DNA from: Squalus acanthias
Lineage: Eukaryota
Assembly: GCA_030390025.1 (NCBI GenBank)
Contig: CM059432.1
Coordinates: 46,874,001 to 46,938,000, forward strand
Length of the DNA: 64,000 bases
Direction of reading: 5' to 3'
The notes under the pieces were generated by a model. The model was not told where the DNA came from. It ran no database searches and worked only from the letters and a program-made list of their open reading frames with translations. The translations under genes were made by a program, and so were the position numbers. Positions 51,700-63,319 of the stretch are shown here, one piece after another; positions within the stretch are counted from its first letter, which is position 1, and every line of letters starts with the position of its first letter.

Positions 51700-52415
51700 A
51701 GCTTCCCAAAAACACAATGGGTCATTATTAATGTGAAATCAGTCGGCAAGTTCGGGTGATTAACAGATACACCATGAGTTGCGAATCTCCAGAACCTGCT
51801 GGTCAATTTACGCTACTCCACCGTTTGCTTTGCACAAATGGCATCTCGCCCTTAGCCTCCCCGTTATTTTTAAGAACCTACTGGATTTGCACATTAATTG
51901 TCCATTGAACTCACCATAGAAAGTTAGGGCTGGAACTTAACAGCACAAGCACCTTTTTAACAATGTGATAATTGTTAATGCAATACCAATCAACCTCTCT
52001 GGCACAGAAAGGGAACAATTTAAACTGTTCAATCTCATTTCTGCATGTCGCAAATTGTTGTTAGAAATTTTTTAAATGTCAAATTTTAATCTTTTACATT
52101 TTTTCTTACTTTTCCTTTCTGTCTCTTTTTCTTTCCCTCTCTTTCTGTACCTGATTTATCTCAAATTCACCCACTCTAATTCATCCTCCTTCTCTGTCAT
52201 TCCTCTGTTTCTTTCTCAATCCTTAAATCTCATTGGTTAAATTGATACACTGTTGGTCATATCGTTCACCAAGGTCCCAGATGCCCCGTTGCCCTTGCCA
52301 CGCCATTATAAGCTCGCACTTCCAGCAAGTTACTGCGCAAAAAAAATTTGAGCTGAAGGGTGCAGGAAAAAGTCTAACTAACGGCGTACGCTGCAAGATG
52401 CCCGGCTCCAGCGAG
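51700..52415. mobile_element. Second, reverse-oriented copy of the MITE split at 4586-19229
   Basis: Reverse-complement similarity, e.g. tcaatccttaaatctcattggttaa versus ttaaccaatgagatttaaggattga at about 4770-4793. Confidence 0.75.
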
Positions 52416-52419
52416 ATGA

Positions 52420-52685
52420 GGGAGTGCTGTACTGTCTGAGTTGCTGCCTTTTGGATGAGATGCTAATATGAGGCCCCATCTGCCTTCTCAGGTGGACATA
52501 AAAGATCCTCTGGCACTACCAACATCACTAAACAAAAACAGATTATGTGGTCATTTATCTCATCGCTGTGCACAAACTGGCTGCTGCATTTCCCTACATT
52601 ACAACAGTGACTATACCTCAATATCACATCATTGTAAAGTATTTGGGAGCATGTGAAAGGTGCTATATGATTGCAAGTTATTTCT
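52420..52685 (+). mobile_element. DeuSINE-type SINE fragment
   Basis: Deu core plus L2-like tail. Confidence 0.7.
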
Positions 52686-53489
52686 TCCTTCATCATAGAA
52701 TTAGCCAACCGTAGGACTTTTTAAATGTAGCAATAACATTTAAAAGGCAGTTGCTATAATCAAATCATAACTCTGGGGCCTGATTCAGTTTTTAATTAAC
52801 TTCAACAGTTGACACACTGTAACGTTAAAGGTGTGCTCACATATGTATAGCAGTTACTTATTTCTAAATGTGAAATTTACAACACATCTGGAAGCTCGGG
52901 TGCAGAGCTTGTATTATGGTTTAACAGTTGAATTTTAATAAGATAAAGTCAATGGTGATCATAAAGAAAAAGAACCTCTCAAATATTGACTTTAAAATTG
53001 AGCACTGAGGAATTCGATAAAAATATTGTACTTGGGTAATAACATCAGACGGCTGGACTAATGAAGAGATTAAATGGGTGATAGTAATTGCAAAAGAGGT
53101 GTTTCTTAAAAAAATGAATAGTAAGCAAAATGTTTACATGCTACTTGTAGTCAAAAGCAGCGTCCAAATGCGACAATTGGACTGGGAGTTTGAGTTTAGT
53201 GATATAACAGATGCAAAATCTTAGTTGAAGGTGATGACTAATTAGATGGCCTTTTGAATTAGCGCAAGGAGGGAAGGTGGATTAACCTGATGAGAATAAT
53301 TACATATCATAGAATCATACAGCACAGAAGGAGGCCAATTGGCCCATCACGCCTGTGCTGGCTTTTTGAAAGAGCTATCCAAATTAGTTCCATTCCTCTC
53401 ATCTTTTCCCATAGCACTGCAATTTTTCCCCTTCAAGTACACTGTGGTCATATTATTCAGAGGTCACCAGAAAAATCATCACTTTCTGG

Positions 53490-53860
53490 AGTTGTCACTT
53501 GAGCACAAAAATCTACGCTAACACTCCAGTGCAGTACTGAGGGAGTGCTTCACTGTCAGAGGTGCCGTCTTTCAGATGAGATGTTAAACCGAGGCCCTGT
53601 CTGCTCCCTCAGGTGGACTTAAAAGATCCCATGCCACTATTTCAAAGAAGAGCTGAAGGATTTATCCCTCAATCAACATCACTAAAAACAGATTATCTGG
53701 TCATTATCACATTGCTGTTTGTGGGAGCTTGCTGTGCGCATATTGGCTGCCACGTTTCCCACATTACAATTGTGACTACACTTCAAAAAGTCCTTGGTTG
53801 GCTGTAAAGCGCTATGGGACGTCCTGAGGTCGTGAAAGGTGCTATATGAATGCAAGTCTT
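53490..53860 (+). mobile_element. DeuSINE-type SINE
   Basis: cagtgcagtactgagggagtg...ggtgccgtctttcagatgagatgttaaaccgaggcc; tail gtgctatatgaatgcaagt. Confidence 0.8.
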
Positions 53861-53899
53861 TCCAATTTGTTTTGAAAAGTTGATCCTAACAGAGTAGGA

Positions 53900-54260
53900 G
53901 GAAGGCGAACAGCAGAGCCGCAGGACACTGACAGCACCTGGTTCGGGTGAGAGAGCCGGGAGTGTTCGGCTGCCCCCGGATAAACATTATCTCCACCTCT
54001 GACTGACCCATTACTGATTGCAGCCATTCATATTCTTGCTCTTACCCTGAGTCAGACGCGGCCGGCTCTCGTTACTCGCTGCCGGTGCGCCAACCGACAT
54101 TTTGCTTCCCTACGAGCTTCAGCCGGCCACAGCTGCGGTCGCCAGGCTCGGCGTCTGTCTCCATGGGAACCACACTCTGCCGGGGCACGTGACGCGTCCA
54201 ATTCTGGCTTCTGTGTGTAACAGGGCGGGAGAACGGGCATGCGTGCCAGCCTATGCGTGA
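53900..54260. promoter_or_regulatory. CpG-island promoter with RFX X-box (54157-54170), E-box CACGTGAC (54186-54193), CCAAT (54198-54202) and an NRF1-like GCATGCG
   Basis: The only non-repeat CpG-dense segment I found. GTCTCCATGGGAAC fits the palindromic RFX site and lies about 57 bp upstream of the ATG. Confidence 0.75.
54046..54100 (-). CDS. Host gene exon 1 coding part: MSVGAPAASNESRPRLTQ(G)
   Basis: ATG with A at -3 (gcaaaATG), strong donor AGG|gtaaga, phase 1 matching exon 2; lies inside the CpG island. Confidence 0.72.
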
Positions 54261-54384
54261 ATAGTAACTCATTTAAATATAATGTGGATATAATTTCTAC
54301 CTCAATCCCCAGAAAATGGGATGGAGTAACAAAATTGGACTAGCTGCGCTGCAAAAACAATGTCATTTGACATCCAATTCAACA

Positions 54385-54743
54385 ATTTCAGACCATAGCC
54401 TCTGCCCCTATTTTTTCAGATGGCACCTGTTGATGATTCTGCCGTTCCCATTTACACCCCTTCTAGACTCATCTTTTGTTTCTTTACCTGTCCCATTACC
54501 ATCTCCTTTTGCTTTGTACTATCATTTAATCACTCCTGCCTTCCAGCCTATCACAGACCTTCCCTTTTGTTCTTTCCTCCCCTTCTCCCCTTTGCCACCC
54601 ATGCACTTGCTTAAAATTTGTTACATCTCTAACTTTTTCCAGTTCTGATGAAAGGTCATTGACCTGAAATGTTAACTCTGTTTCTCTCTTCACAGATGCT
54701 GCCTGACCTGCTGAGTATTTCCAGCATTTTCTGTTTTTATTTC
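54385..54743 (+). mobile_element. Penelope family A 3' region with hammerhead motif
   Basis: agttCTGATGAaaggtcattgacctGAAAtgttaact at 54641-54677. Confidence 0.82.
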
Positions 54744-55074
54744 ATATTGCCTATGTCTGGTGTGAAAACCTCCTTTATTCAAACCTTAGCTCACAATCAC
54801 TGTATGAAAATATGGAAATGGCATCAATCCACTATCACAAGAAGCTTTTTTCTCATTAAGCATCATAACAACACTCCTGGAAACATGATGCACACATGCC
54901 AACCCAAAAAGCTGCGAGAGCTACAAGAAAACTATCATTCTCCAAAAACTGACAGCTCCAACATAAGGTGCAGCTGAAATTCAGCCCTGACTAAAGTCCT
55001 ACAAACAAAGCCACTCCTTCAAGGTGATTTAATAAGTTAAAATCCTTTTCATGACATTGGATTTTTAAGAAAGA

Positions 55075-55535
55075 AAGACTTGCATTTATATAACGCCTTT
55101 CACAACCACTGGACGTCCCAAAGCACTTTACAGAGGTACGTTTTGAAGTGTAGTCACTGTTGTAATGTACGACACACAGCAGCCAATTTGTGCTCAGCAA
55201 GCTCCCCAAACAGCAATGTGATAATGACGAGATAATTTTTTTTTTTAAGTGATGTTAATTGAGGGATAAATATTGGCTAGGACACAGGGGAAACGCCCCT
55301 GTTCTTCTTAGAAATAGTGCCATGGGATCTTTTATGTCCACCTGAGAGAGGGCAGACAGGGCCTCAGTTTAACAACTCATCCAAAAGACAGCACCTCCAA
55401 CAGTGCAGTATTCCCTCAGTACTGCACTGGAGTGTCAGCCTAGATTTTTTGTGCTCAAGTCTCTGGAGTGGGACTTGAACCCACAACCTTCTGACTCAGA
55501 GGCAAGGGTGCTACCAATTGAGCCACTGGCTGACA
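55075..55535 (-). mobile_element. Near full-length tRNA-derived DeuSINE-type SINE
   Basis: Minus strand A-box TGGCTCAATTGG, B-box GGTTCAAGTCC, Deu core, L2-like tail. Confidence 0.85.
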
Positions 55536-57543
55536 CATTTATTGGTGTGTTTGGGATCACATTCTGCAATTCAGCTTGTTTCTTTCTGTGAAAACTGAAA
55601 CCTAATGGACTCACGTATGATATTTCAAAATAATTAGTTACAATAAAAGTGTATGGTACATGAACTCATCATGATTTAAGCTGCAGATATACCTAATATT
55701 CTATCAGTTGTATTATATGTTAAAAAAACAAAGGTAAAGTGCAATTTTTGCAATGGTGGTTAGAAATTTTGAGGGGGAATTAAGTAAAATCAATCCCTGT
55801 CCTTGTGTATGGCTATGATTCTCTTTGTCTCTATACATACATATCTTTTTTGTGTATTTGTGGTTCTCGCTAATTCTACAAGTGAGTTTTTTTTCTGTTT
55901 TCTGTGCATCTGTGGTTCTGTCTCTATTATCTTGTATAAAACATTTATTATTAGAACTCTTGTTTGTTGCTTTAGATTTTCAAATCTATTTTACATTGAT
56001 CATTTTAATAATACTTTGCTGTTGCACCATTTGTTTCATATTTAAATTGCTGTTATGATACTTTACTATTTTGCAACAGCTGCTTTACTTTTGAAATGAT
56101 TTACCACAATTTTTCCCTTTATAAGTTTCTCTGAGCTAAAATGTAACACAGACCCTAATATACTGCTTTTTCTTTCACTACTAGAAATGCCTAGCTTTTG
56201 TATGCTTTCTACCTCTCCTTCATAACAGACATTCTCTATAGTTCCTCAAGCCAATCTTATAAAGGGCCAAATGTTAATTACAGTATTCTCAGGAAACATA
56301 AATCAAACTACAATTTACAGAAGAGATTTTAGTTTAATTGGTGAATCTATGTAGCTGGACATGTTTTCATTTCTTTCAGCCTAGAAAACTAGTAGAGGTG
56401 GCACCACAGAATTTTCTTTTGTCCTCTTTTTTCACTCTCTTGTTTCCTTTGTTATGTGGCATAATTAAACTGACATCCTCGATTAATACACCACACAGAT
56501 TCTTAGTTCTTTCTATTACACTGCAAGTTACAATGTAAACAGCTTGTTCAAATGGAGGTCCATTTAAAATCAAAAAGGTATTCACATTTGACGTACAGAT
56601 CAGCCATGATCTAATCGAATTAAGTTCAAGGGGCAGAATGGTTAACTGCTGTTCCTATGAGAAAAAAAAAAGAGACCCTGAAATTCCTGGAGCCAGGGAA
56701 GGCGGAAAGACTGATTTCCACCTGGGGAGGCCTGGAATTAGGGGCAGAACCAGTAACATTGATAAGTTCCAGAAGGAGGGGATCATGGGCATATTTTTCA
56801 CCTGCCCCACCAACGCCGCCCCTCCCCCCGCCCCCCCACATCAAAGGGGCATGCCTGGGAGAGCTCCGGGGCTTCAACAGTAAATTCTGTCCATTTTACC
56901 TTTAAAAGACATCCGTGAAAATCATGCCAGCTGAGATCTGCTGTAAGTCCTGCTGAGGCCCTAAGAAAAGGCCCAGAAATTTCTGGCAGAAAGGTAATCA
57001 TCCTTGGAGGGGATCGATTACCTATAAAATGCCCTCAAGTTGCATCTTTAGGAGCAAAAATAAGCTCACCAGCAACTTTTCTTCGGCCTAGGAAGGGCCT
57101 TAGGATCCCTCGTCGGAGGGGCTGGATGCCACTCCAACATCAGCTGACAGATCAGGGAGCCTGCTTTCAATGTATCCTTGCACATGCAGTGCAACCACTC
57201 CAACCATTTGAATGACCCTATCCCTGCAAATTAGAATGGGTCTGCATCCTCGGCTGCAGGCGGATAACGGTGTCCCTCAATCGCACTTGCACAGTGGAGC
57301 TTGCCTCCAGGAATTACAGGTGTTAGATAGAAAATTTTATTAAAACAGACGGCAACAGTAAATACAAACGTTTCAGCTGGGAAGAGAAAATGATGGGAAT
57401 TCTAAGAGTTGGGTTTTGGGCTCTTTTAAAAAAATACTTGTAGATCTTCGATGTGTTGCTCACAGTTCTCTGAGGTTATGCTGTTTTATAATGAGCATTA
57501 TACAGTGTACTATGCAATGTTTTATAATATAATAGAACGCAAT

Positions 57544-58263
57544 GGTCTGAAATTTGCAGCCAGAGGCCTACCTCCGGAGTACGCCTCCGACCCCCAAAAA
57601 ATTATGAACCTACCTGCTGGCTCCCAGGCTTCGGAGTCTTCTGGTCCTGGGCCTGCAGGCGTACGCCTGCATAAAGGCCCTCGGATCACGTAGGCCAGGT
57701 CCTCCAATCAGAAAGCGAGATTCCTCATAAGCTTATGGGGATTCCATTTACCAACAGATTCCCCATAGGTTTATGAGAAATCCCCAAATAAATAAATAAT
57801 TAACACAACTGAAATAAAAATAATGTTCCCATGTTCAAAATTAATTAAAATTCCCTTTAATTTAGCATTTAAAATAAAAATTTAATTTTTTGAAAAATAA
57901 TTTTAAACATTTTAATCCGGGCCAAAATTTACATAAACTAATTTTAAACGTTTCTGTATGTTTTAATCATTTTTTTAATTTTAATTTAACATTTATTTTA
58001 ACCCTTATGCTGGAAAAGCAGGCCCTACGCCTGCCTTTACCAGGCATAAGGGCTTCGTGGGCATTTGCTGGGCAGTAGTTTGGAAAATAGCCCAACTCCA
58101 CACCAGCGAAAGTGTTTTGGGGGCGCATGTGGACGATCTGTCAAGGCGAACCATGACAGATTGCAAGTTCTGGGTTTTCACGCATGTGCATGCAGAAACC
58201 CAGAACTTGTGGGGCCATTCTGAGGGCTTACAACGGCGTCATCGCCCCCGCAAAATCAGGGCC
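57544..58263. mobile_element. Harbinger-type MITE with AT-rich core
   Basis: TIRs ggtctgaaatttgc / gcaaaatcagggcc; TSD AAT/AAT. Confidence 0.75.
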
Positions 58264-60075
58264 AATATAATAGGAACTGGAGTAGGCCATTCAGTTCCTC
58301 AAGTCTGCTTCGCCATTCAATTAGATCATGGCTGATCTGTACCTCAATTCCACTTACCCACCATAGCTCCATAATATAGCATGGTATAATATAATTGATT
58401 TCCTATGGCATTGCTCATGGACAAAATAAAAATGTCTCTCTTCTTATGAGTGCTTAATCCAGGCTGAAACACTAGCGCAGTACTGAGGGAATGTTGTGCT
58501 GTCGGAGCACCCTTTCTTCGGAGCAGATATTAAACCAAGGTTCTGTTCACCAGTTCTGGGGATTTAGGTGGATGTTAAAGGTCTTGTGACATTATCTGAT
58601 GAACAGCAGAGAGTTCTCTTTGTGTCCTAGCCAATAGTCCTCTCACCAGCCAGTACCACCAAAAAGTCAGATTAAATGGTCATTCAGCTCAGTGCTGTTT
58701 CACGACTAGTTGCTGCATTTGCCTTGATAATAACAGTTACTGGGCAATAATTAGATCCTGCCTGTGCAGCACTGGAATTGCTGCTCCATTAGCTGTGCCT
58801 ATGCCTGAATGAACTGATCGCACCCCATAACATCAGGGCAGCTTATTAATGTAACTTGATGGGACTCTCAGCACGTGTCCATGATGCAGCGGGCGTGTCA
58901 CACGGTTGCAGGGACAGAATGTTAGGTGCCAGCAGCAATGAAAGAGGTGTTGATTTTGCTACCATTCTTTTTAGGACCTAGCCAGGCCTGCTCCGCTTGG
59001 GAATCTTAAGTGGTCACTGGGCGAGCTCTATCAAAAGGTAAGTGTTTTACTTTTTAAATAGAAAAAAAATCATTGCTGTGGAACAGGAGTGCTCCCCCAA
59101 ATCCACAGTATATTAATCTACCCTTTTCCTCCCCAGTTGCCGCTCCACACAATCCCTTCCAGGACTTACCTTTGGGTCGCTGCCAGAGTGATTAGTGTAA
59201 TTTATGCCCCTTGACAGTAAGAACATACTGATTTCACTTTTCATGCAGTGAATGATACCATTATTCTCTGCCATTAATTGTTCTCACACTTTTAGTCACA
59301 GAAAGAAAGTACAAACTCTCTTGTTTTTTTCCCCAGCACTGTCATCTCCATGGGATTGAAACTAAAAGAAAGGTGATTAACTAGCATTTGAATATATTAT
59401 TGTTGAATAGTGTATAAATTGTAATAAGTCAATGCCAAGAATAGAAATAATTGTTGTAGATAAAAACATTAAAATGTCAACACAATTATTAGGCAACTGT
59501 TGATGCTGATTTCCTATTAAAAGAAGCTTATTAATGTGCAGGAATAGTCACATGTGAAAAATTTATACAATGAGAATTTCAGTAATTAAAGTTGCCTACA
59601 TGTTGAGTCACCAAATCTTCATCAATGGTAAAAACTTCCAAATGATTGTTAATGATAGCCACATATCAAGCAAAGCTTCCCTATTTAATTTTGGAGGAGC
59701 ATGATTTAATTTCCTAATTTTTAGTGATTGCACATCCTCTATTTGGTCAGGTTTCAGTGATGCAGTATTTTGATGCAGGCTACCACCAGTGACAAATGAA
59801 CCAAGTTACTGCTGTCACTGTATTAAATAATGTCAAACACCACTGTACATTCCCAGTGTTAAATTCCTGTAATCCAATTCTTTGTGTGAATTGTTCTTTT
59901 CTCTCTGGTGGCCATCATTCAACTTCTCAAGTCAAATGTAACTACAAAGCAATTGTATGTTGTATAATACTGAAAGTAAAACCTACTTATGATCTGAAAC
60001 CATCAAAGCATTAATCATTCATCCTATTGATAGCTTTCATCCGTTCCAGATCATTGATTGAAAAATAATAACATT

Positions 60076-61246
60076 GGCCCTGATTTTGCGGTCAGTGGCG
60101 AACGAACGGTGCCAGCCATTCATTGCACTTACACTTGCTCACAGACTTTCTGTGGGCTTTTGCACTGGAACTTGTGGTGATTAAAAATCCAGAACAGCGT
60201 AGAACCCTCCACAGGGGATCTGGAACCTGTGTGAATAGGGCAAGCAACTGTGTATTACCTTAACCAATCAGATTGAAGAATCCTTACTGAGACACGTAGG
60301 CCGGAACTTCTACTTTTGGAGCGGCCGGGAGCGGGGGGTCAGGGGAGGGGGGTGCGGTAGAGCGGTGAGTCCGGGTTTCCCCCCATGCAGTGGAGTTTTA
60401 ACTCCACAGCGCACGTGTGACATCACGGACTGGTTCCCAGCCTGGAAGTCAGTCTGATCAATAGGCTGGCTTCCAGTCGGGCAGGGAACGCTGGACAAGA
60501 GGCCACAACCTCAGGTAGGTGTGAGCCACGACCAGGGGGAGAAGGGTCTGATCCGGGTCGGGGTGTCTGATCCCTGACCCCCTGGGGTCCGAGCCCCAAC
60601 CCCAGGGGGGTTCCAATCCCAGGGGAGAATGATGCCCAGCCCCGGGGGGGTTGGGGAGGTCTGAACACCAGCCCGGGGGGCGGGGGATGGGAGATCCAAA
60701 CCCCAGCCCCGTGGGGTGGGGGGGTCCAATCCCCGGCTCGAGGGGCTGTCTGATCCTCAGTCCCGTGGGGGTTCTGATCCTCAGCCCCAGGAGGGTTTCC
60801 GATGCTGAGGGGTGGGGGGGTCTGATCCCCGATCCAGGGGTGGGCTTTCTATGGAGGTTGTGCTGTTGGTGGGGGAGCTTGGCGGGGTGGGGGGAAGCAC
60901 TCATGCTTCTCCTGACCCACAAGGATTGCTTCCTAAGGCTGTCCTCACCTCGCTGCAGCTGTGGGGAATCCCAAGGCCCGGGAACCCCAGCCGGCCACAG
61001 TTAAACCGGCAAAGCTGGTTAAATCCGAGGCTTCCAGCCTCATTATAATATTTAAACTGCCAACCCTGGGAGCAGGTTGTTTGCCCGCCCCCATCCCGCC
61101 TCCGTTAAAACCGGAAGTGAGCGGGTTGGAGGCGGGCTGGGGTCGGGATTCAGATTTCTAACTTTAGCCTCCCATCCGACCCCAACCCACCCGTCTTTTG
61201 GGGTTAAAATTCCCCCCATCGTTATTTTTACCGCAAAATCCAGGAC
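60076..61246. mobile_element. MITE (ggccctgattttgcgg...ccgcaaaatccaggac) containing a second GC-rich MITE (~60298-61217)
   Basis: Two sets of imperfect TIRs; the inner element resembles 31020-31645. Confidence 0.6.
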
Positions 61247-61349
61247 AATATAAGTAAAGTCAAAAGAATGAGTTAAACACAGTCCTTTCGCTTTTGCGCC
61301 AAACTCAGCCAGATTGAATACAATTTCTGTCTTTCTGGAACTATTAAAG

Positions 61350-62617
61350 TGTAAGGTTTCCAAAATTTGCAGATTCCCAAAACCTAAGCAAAAAGGACTT
61401 TGGAACTACCCCAGAGTGATAAAAATGCATTTGGGCCTAACATAAGGAATTTAAGACCAAAAACCAAGTTTTGGCATTTTAAAAGACATGTCTGGACCTG
61501 TAAGCGAGAAAAGGCTGCACAGGAGGTGGGTACGACCTCTGTAAAAGCAGTTTTGGGTATTGCAGTTAATTTGCATTGTCTGGGGAATCGGGATGACCTC
61601 ACTCAAGCCCCAGCAAGCATTAACATTTGGACAATAGACCCTGGGATAAGGCAGACCCACCCAAAACACAGGCCCCATTAAAACCTATCACAGACCCATC
61701 AAAACCATGCATAATTCAAATCGCTCAGGACCATTCTATAGAAAAACTCGAGTCCAGCCTAGAAACACAAAACACAAAACTAATCACCTGTAATCAACCG
61801 AAGAGATCGACAGGACGCAAGCCATTTGACACTTAGTAAAGTCGTTACTGTTAACGAGGTCTTACAATGACCAGGGTTTGATTTGGTTTTGACAAGGCCA
61901 CTTCAATTTAGTATAATTGAAGGCCCATCAAGCAGTTACAACAGTTCAGTAAGAAGGGAGTTACAGTTCTCCAGTAAAACAGTTACAAGTTCAACAGAAG
62001 TCAGTTCTGCAGTTCAATTTTAAAAGCCTGTGTTCAGCAGAAGTCAGTGCTGGAGTTACAGAGTTCAGGACAAGCAGGCAGAAGGCAGTCCCACAGCTCA
62101 GAAGAAGACAGGTTAAACAGAGGCAGAGTTACAGCAAGAAGTTCAACAAAGAAGGCCAACAGCTTCACAAGCAGACCGACATGCAAGAAGAAACCAGAGC
62201 GACTGCCTCAGTGACCATCGGACACCTCGCGGCAACAAGGGCCTTACGAAGCCTTTTACTCAAAAGACTCTAAACCCTAACTCTCAACTGTCAAGGATTC
62301 GTTTGGTGAGCATTATCCCTGGTTCTCCAGAGTCCAACCTAGCTAGTGAAGTGGGATTGGGAGGGGTGAAGTATTCTTCTAATGTTATTTCCCTCGCCTG
62401 TACCGCGTGTTCCCCAACCTGTGTTTAAGCATTAATAGTGTTTTAAGTTTGTTACCTTTTTCTTTTAGTCAAAATTCTTTCATCAGAACCTGTTGTCTAC
62501 TGCATCTTTGTTCACAACCCCTAAATAAGTCCAAGGTCTAGAACCAGGGGCATGGGAGCGATTTGAACCGCTCACTGAGTCAGAGGTAAGGCTGACCCTA
62601 CCACACCACCCCCTACA
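61350..62617. mobile_element. Probable solo LTR
   Basis: TGTAAGG...CCCTACA inverted termini; flanks aaag / aag (imperfect TSD); no long ORF. Confidence 0.5.
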
Positions 62618-63319
62618 AAGATCCTGAATTAAATAATATTTTAGTAATTTCCATTTCTAAGTTGGAGCACTCACTGCACAAATTTTCTCAAAGTATCTCT
62701 GTAGTGACTTATTACAAACTCTGGGTAGGGTTTCCTTTGTGCAGTATTTGTAACAAATTCATGGGTCTATTTACAAAGAATAAGTTTTTGATTTTGTTGA
62801 CCTAACGCACAAAGGATTTTTTCCCTCATACTATTGCAAACCATTTATTACAAAAAACATTTTCCTAGCAGCTTTGTTAATACCAGTAGAAATCTTCTAA
62901 ACTTTAATCAATATAAAAGGTTTTACCATTGTTATAGGGTAAAATGTGGTGTTTTCCATCACTTTTGAAAGTGTTTGTGTGCAAGCATTTGATGAACACG
63001 AAAATGAGCTTGATTATAATGACTGCCACAGTCACTACCCAAGGGTACATATGAACAATCACCAATTGGGTAAAATTTTGGTGGGCACAGCGCCAGATTG
63101 CAGAACCAGAAACTAGCCTTCGAAGAAAAAATGGTATGAAAAAACAGCATAAAAATGGTTAGGTAGAAGCAACTAATTTGCCCCACATCAACTTAAATAG
63201 CTCCCTAAATTCCTCATGATCTTGGATTGTCATTTCATTTTCAACAGCAGTCAATATATTTTAGAATGCTTCAATATAGACAATAAATTAACTAACTTTG
63301 TGCCTCAGTGCTTTGCATA

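Noticed and set aside
55460..55535. tRNA gene
   Set aside because: The A and B boxes are the head of a SINE followed by a Deu core and L2-like tail.
55803..56058. Hydrophobic ORFs resembling membrane proteins
   Set aside because: T-rich low-complexity sequence produces Phe/Leu/Cys-rich chance ORFs in two frames.
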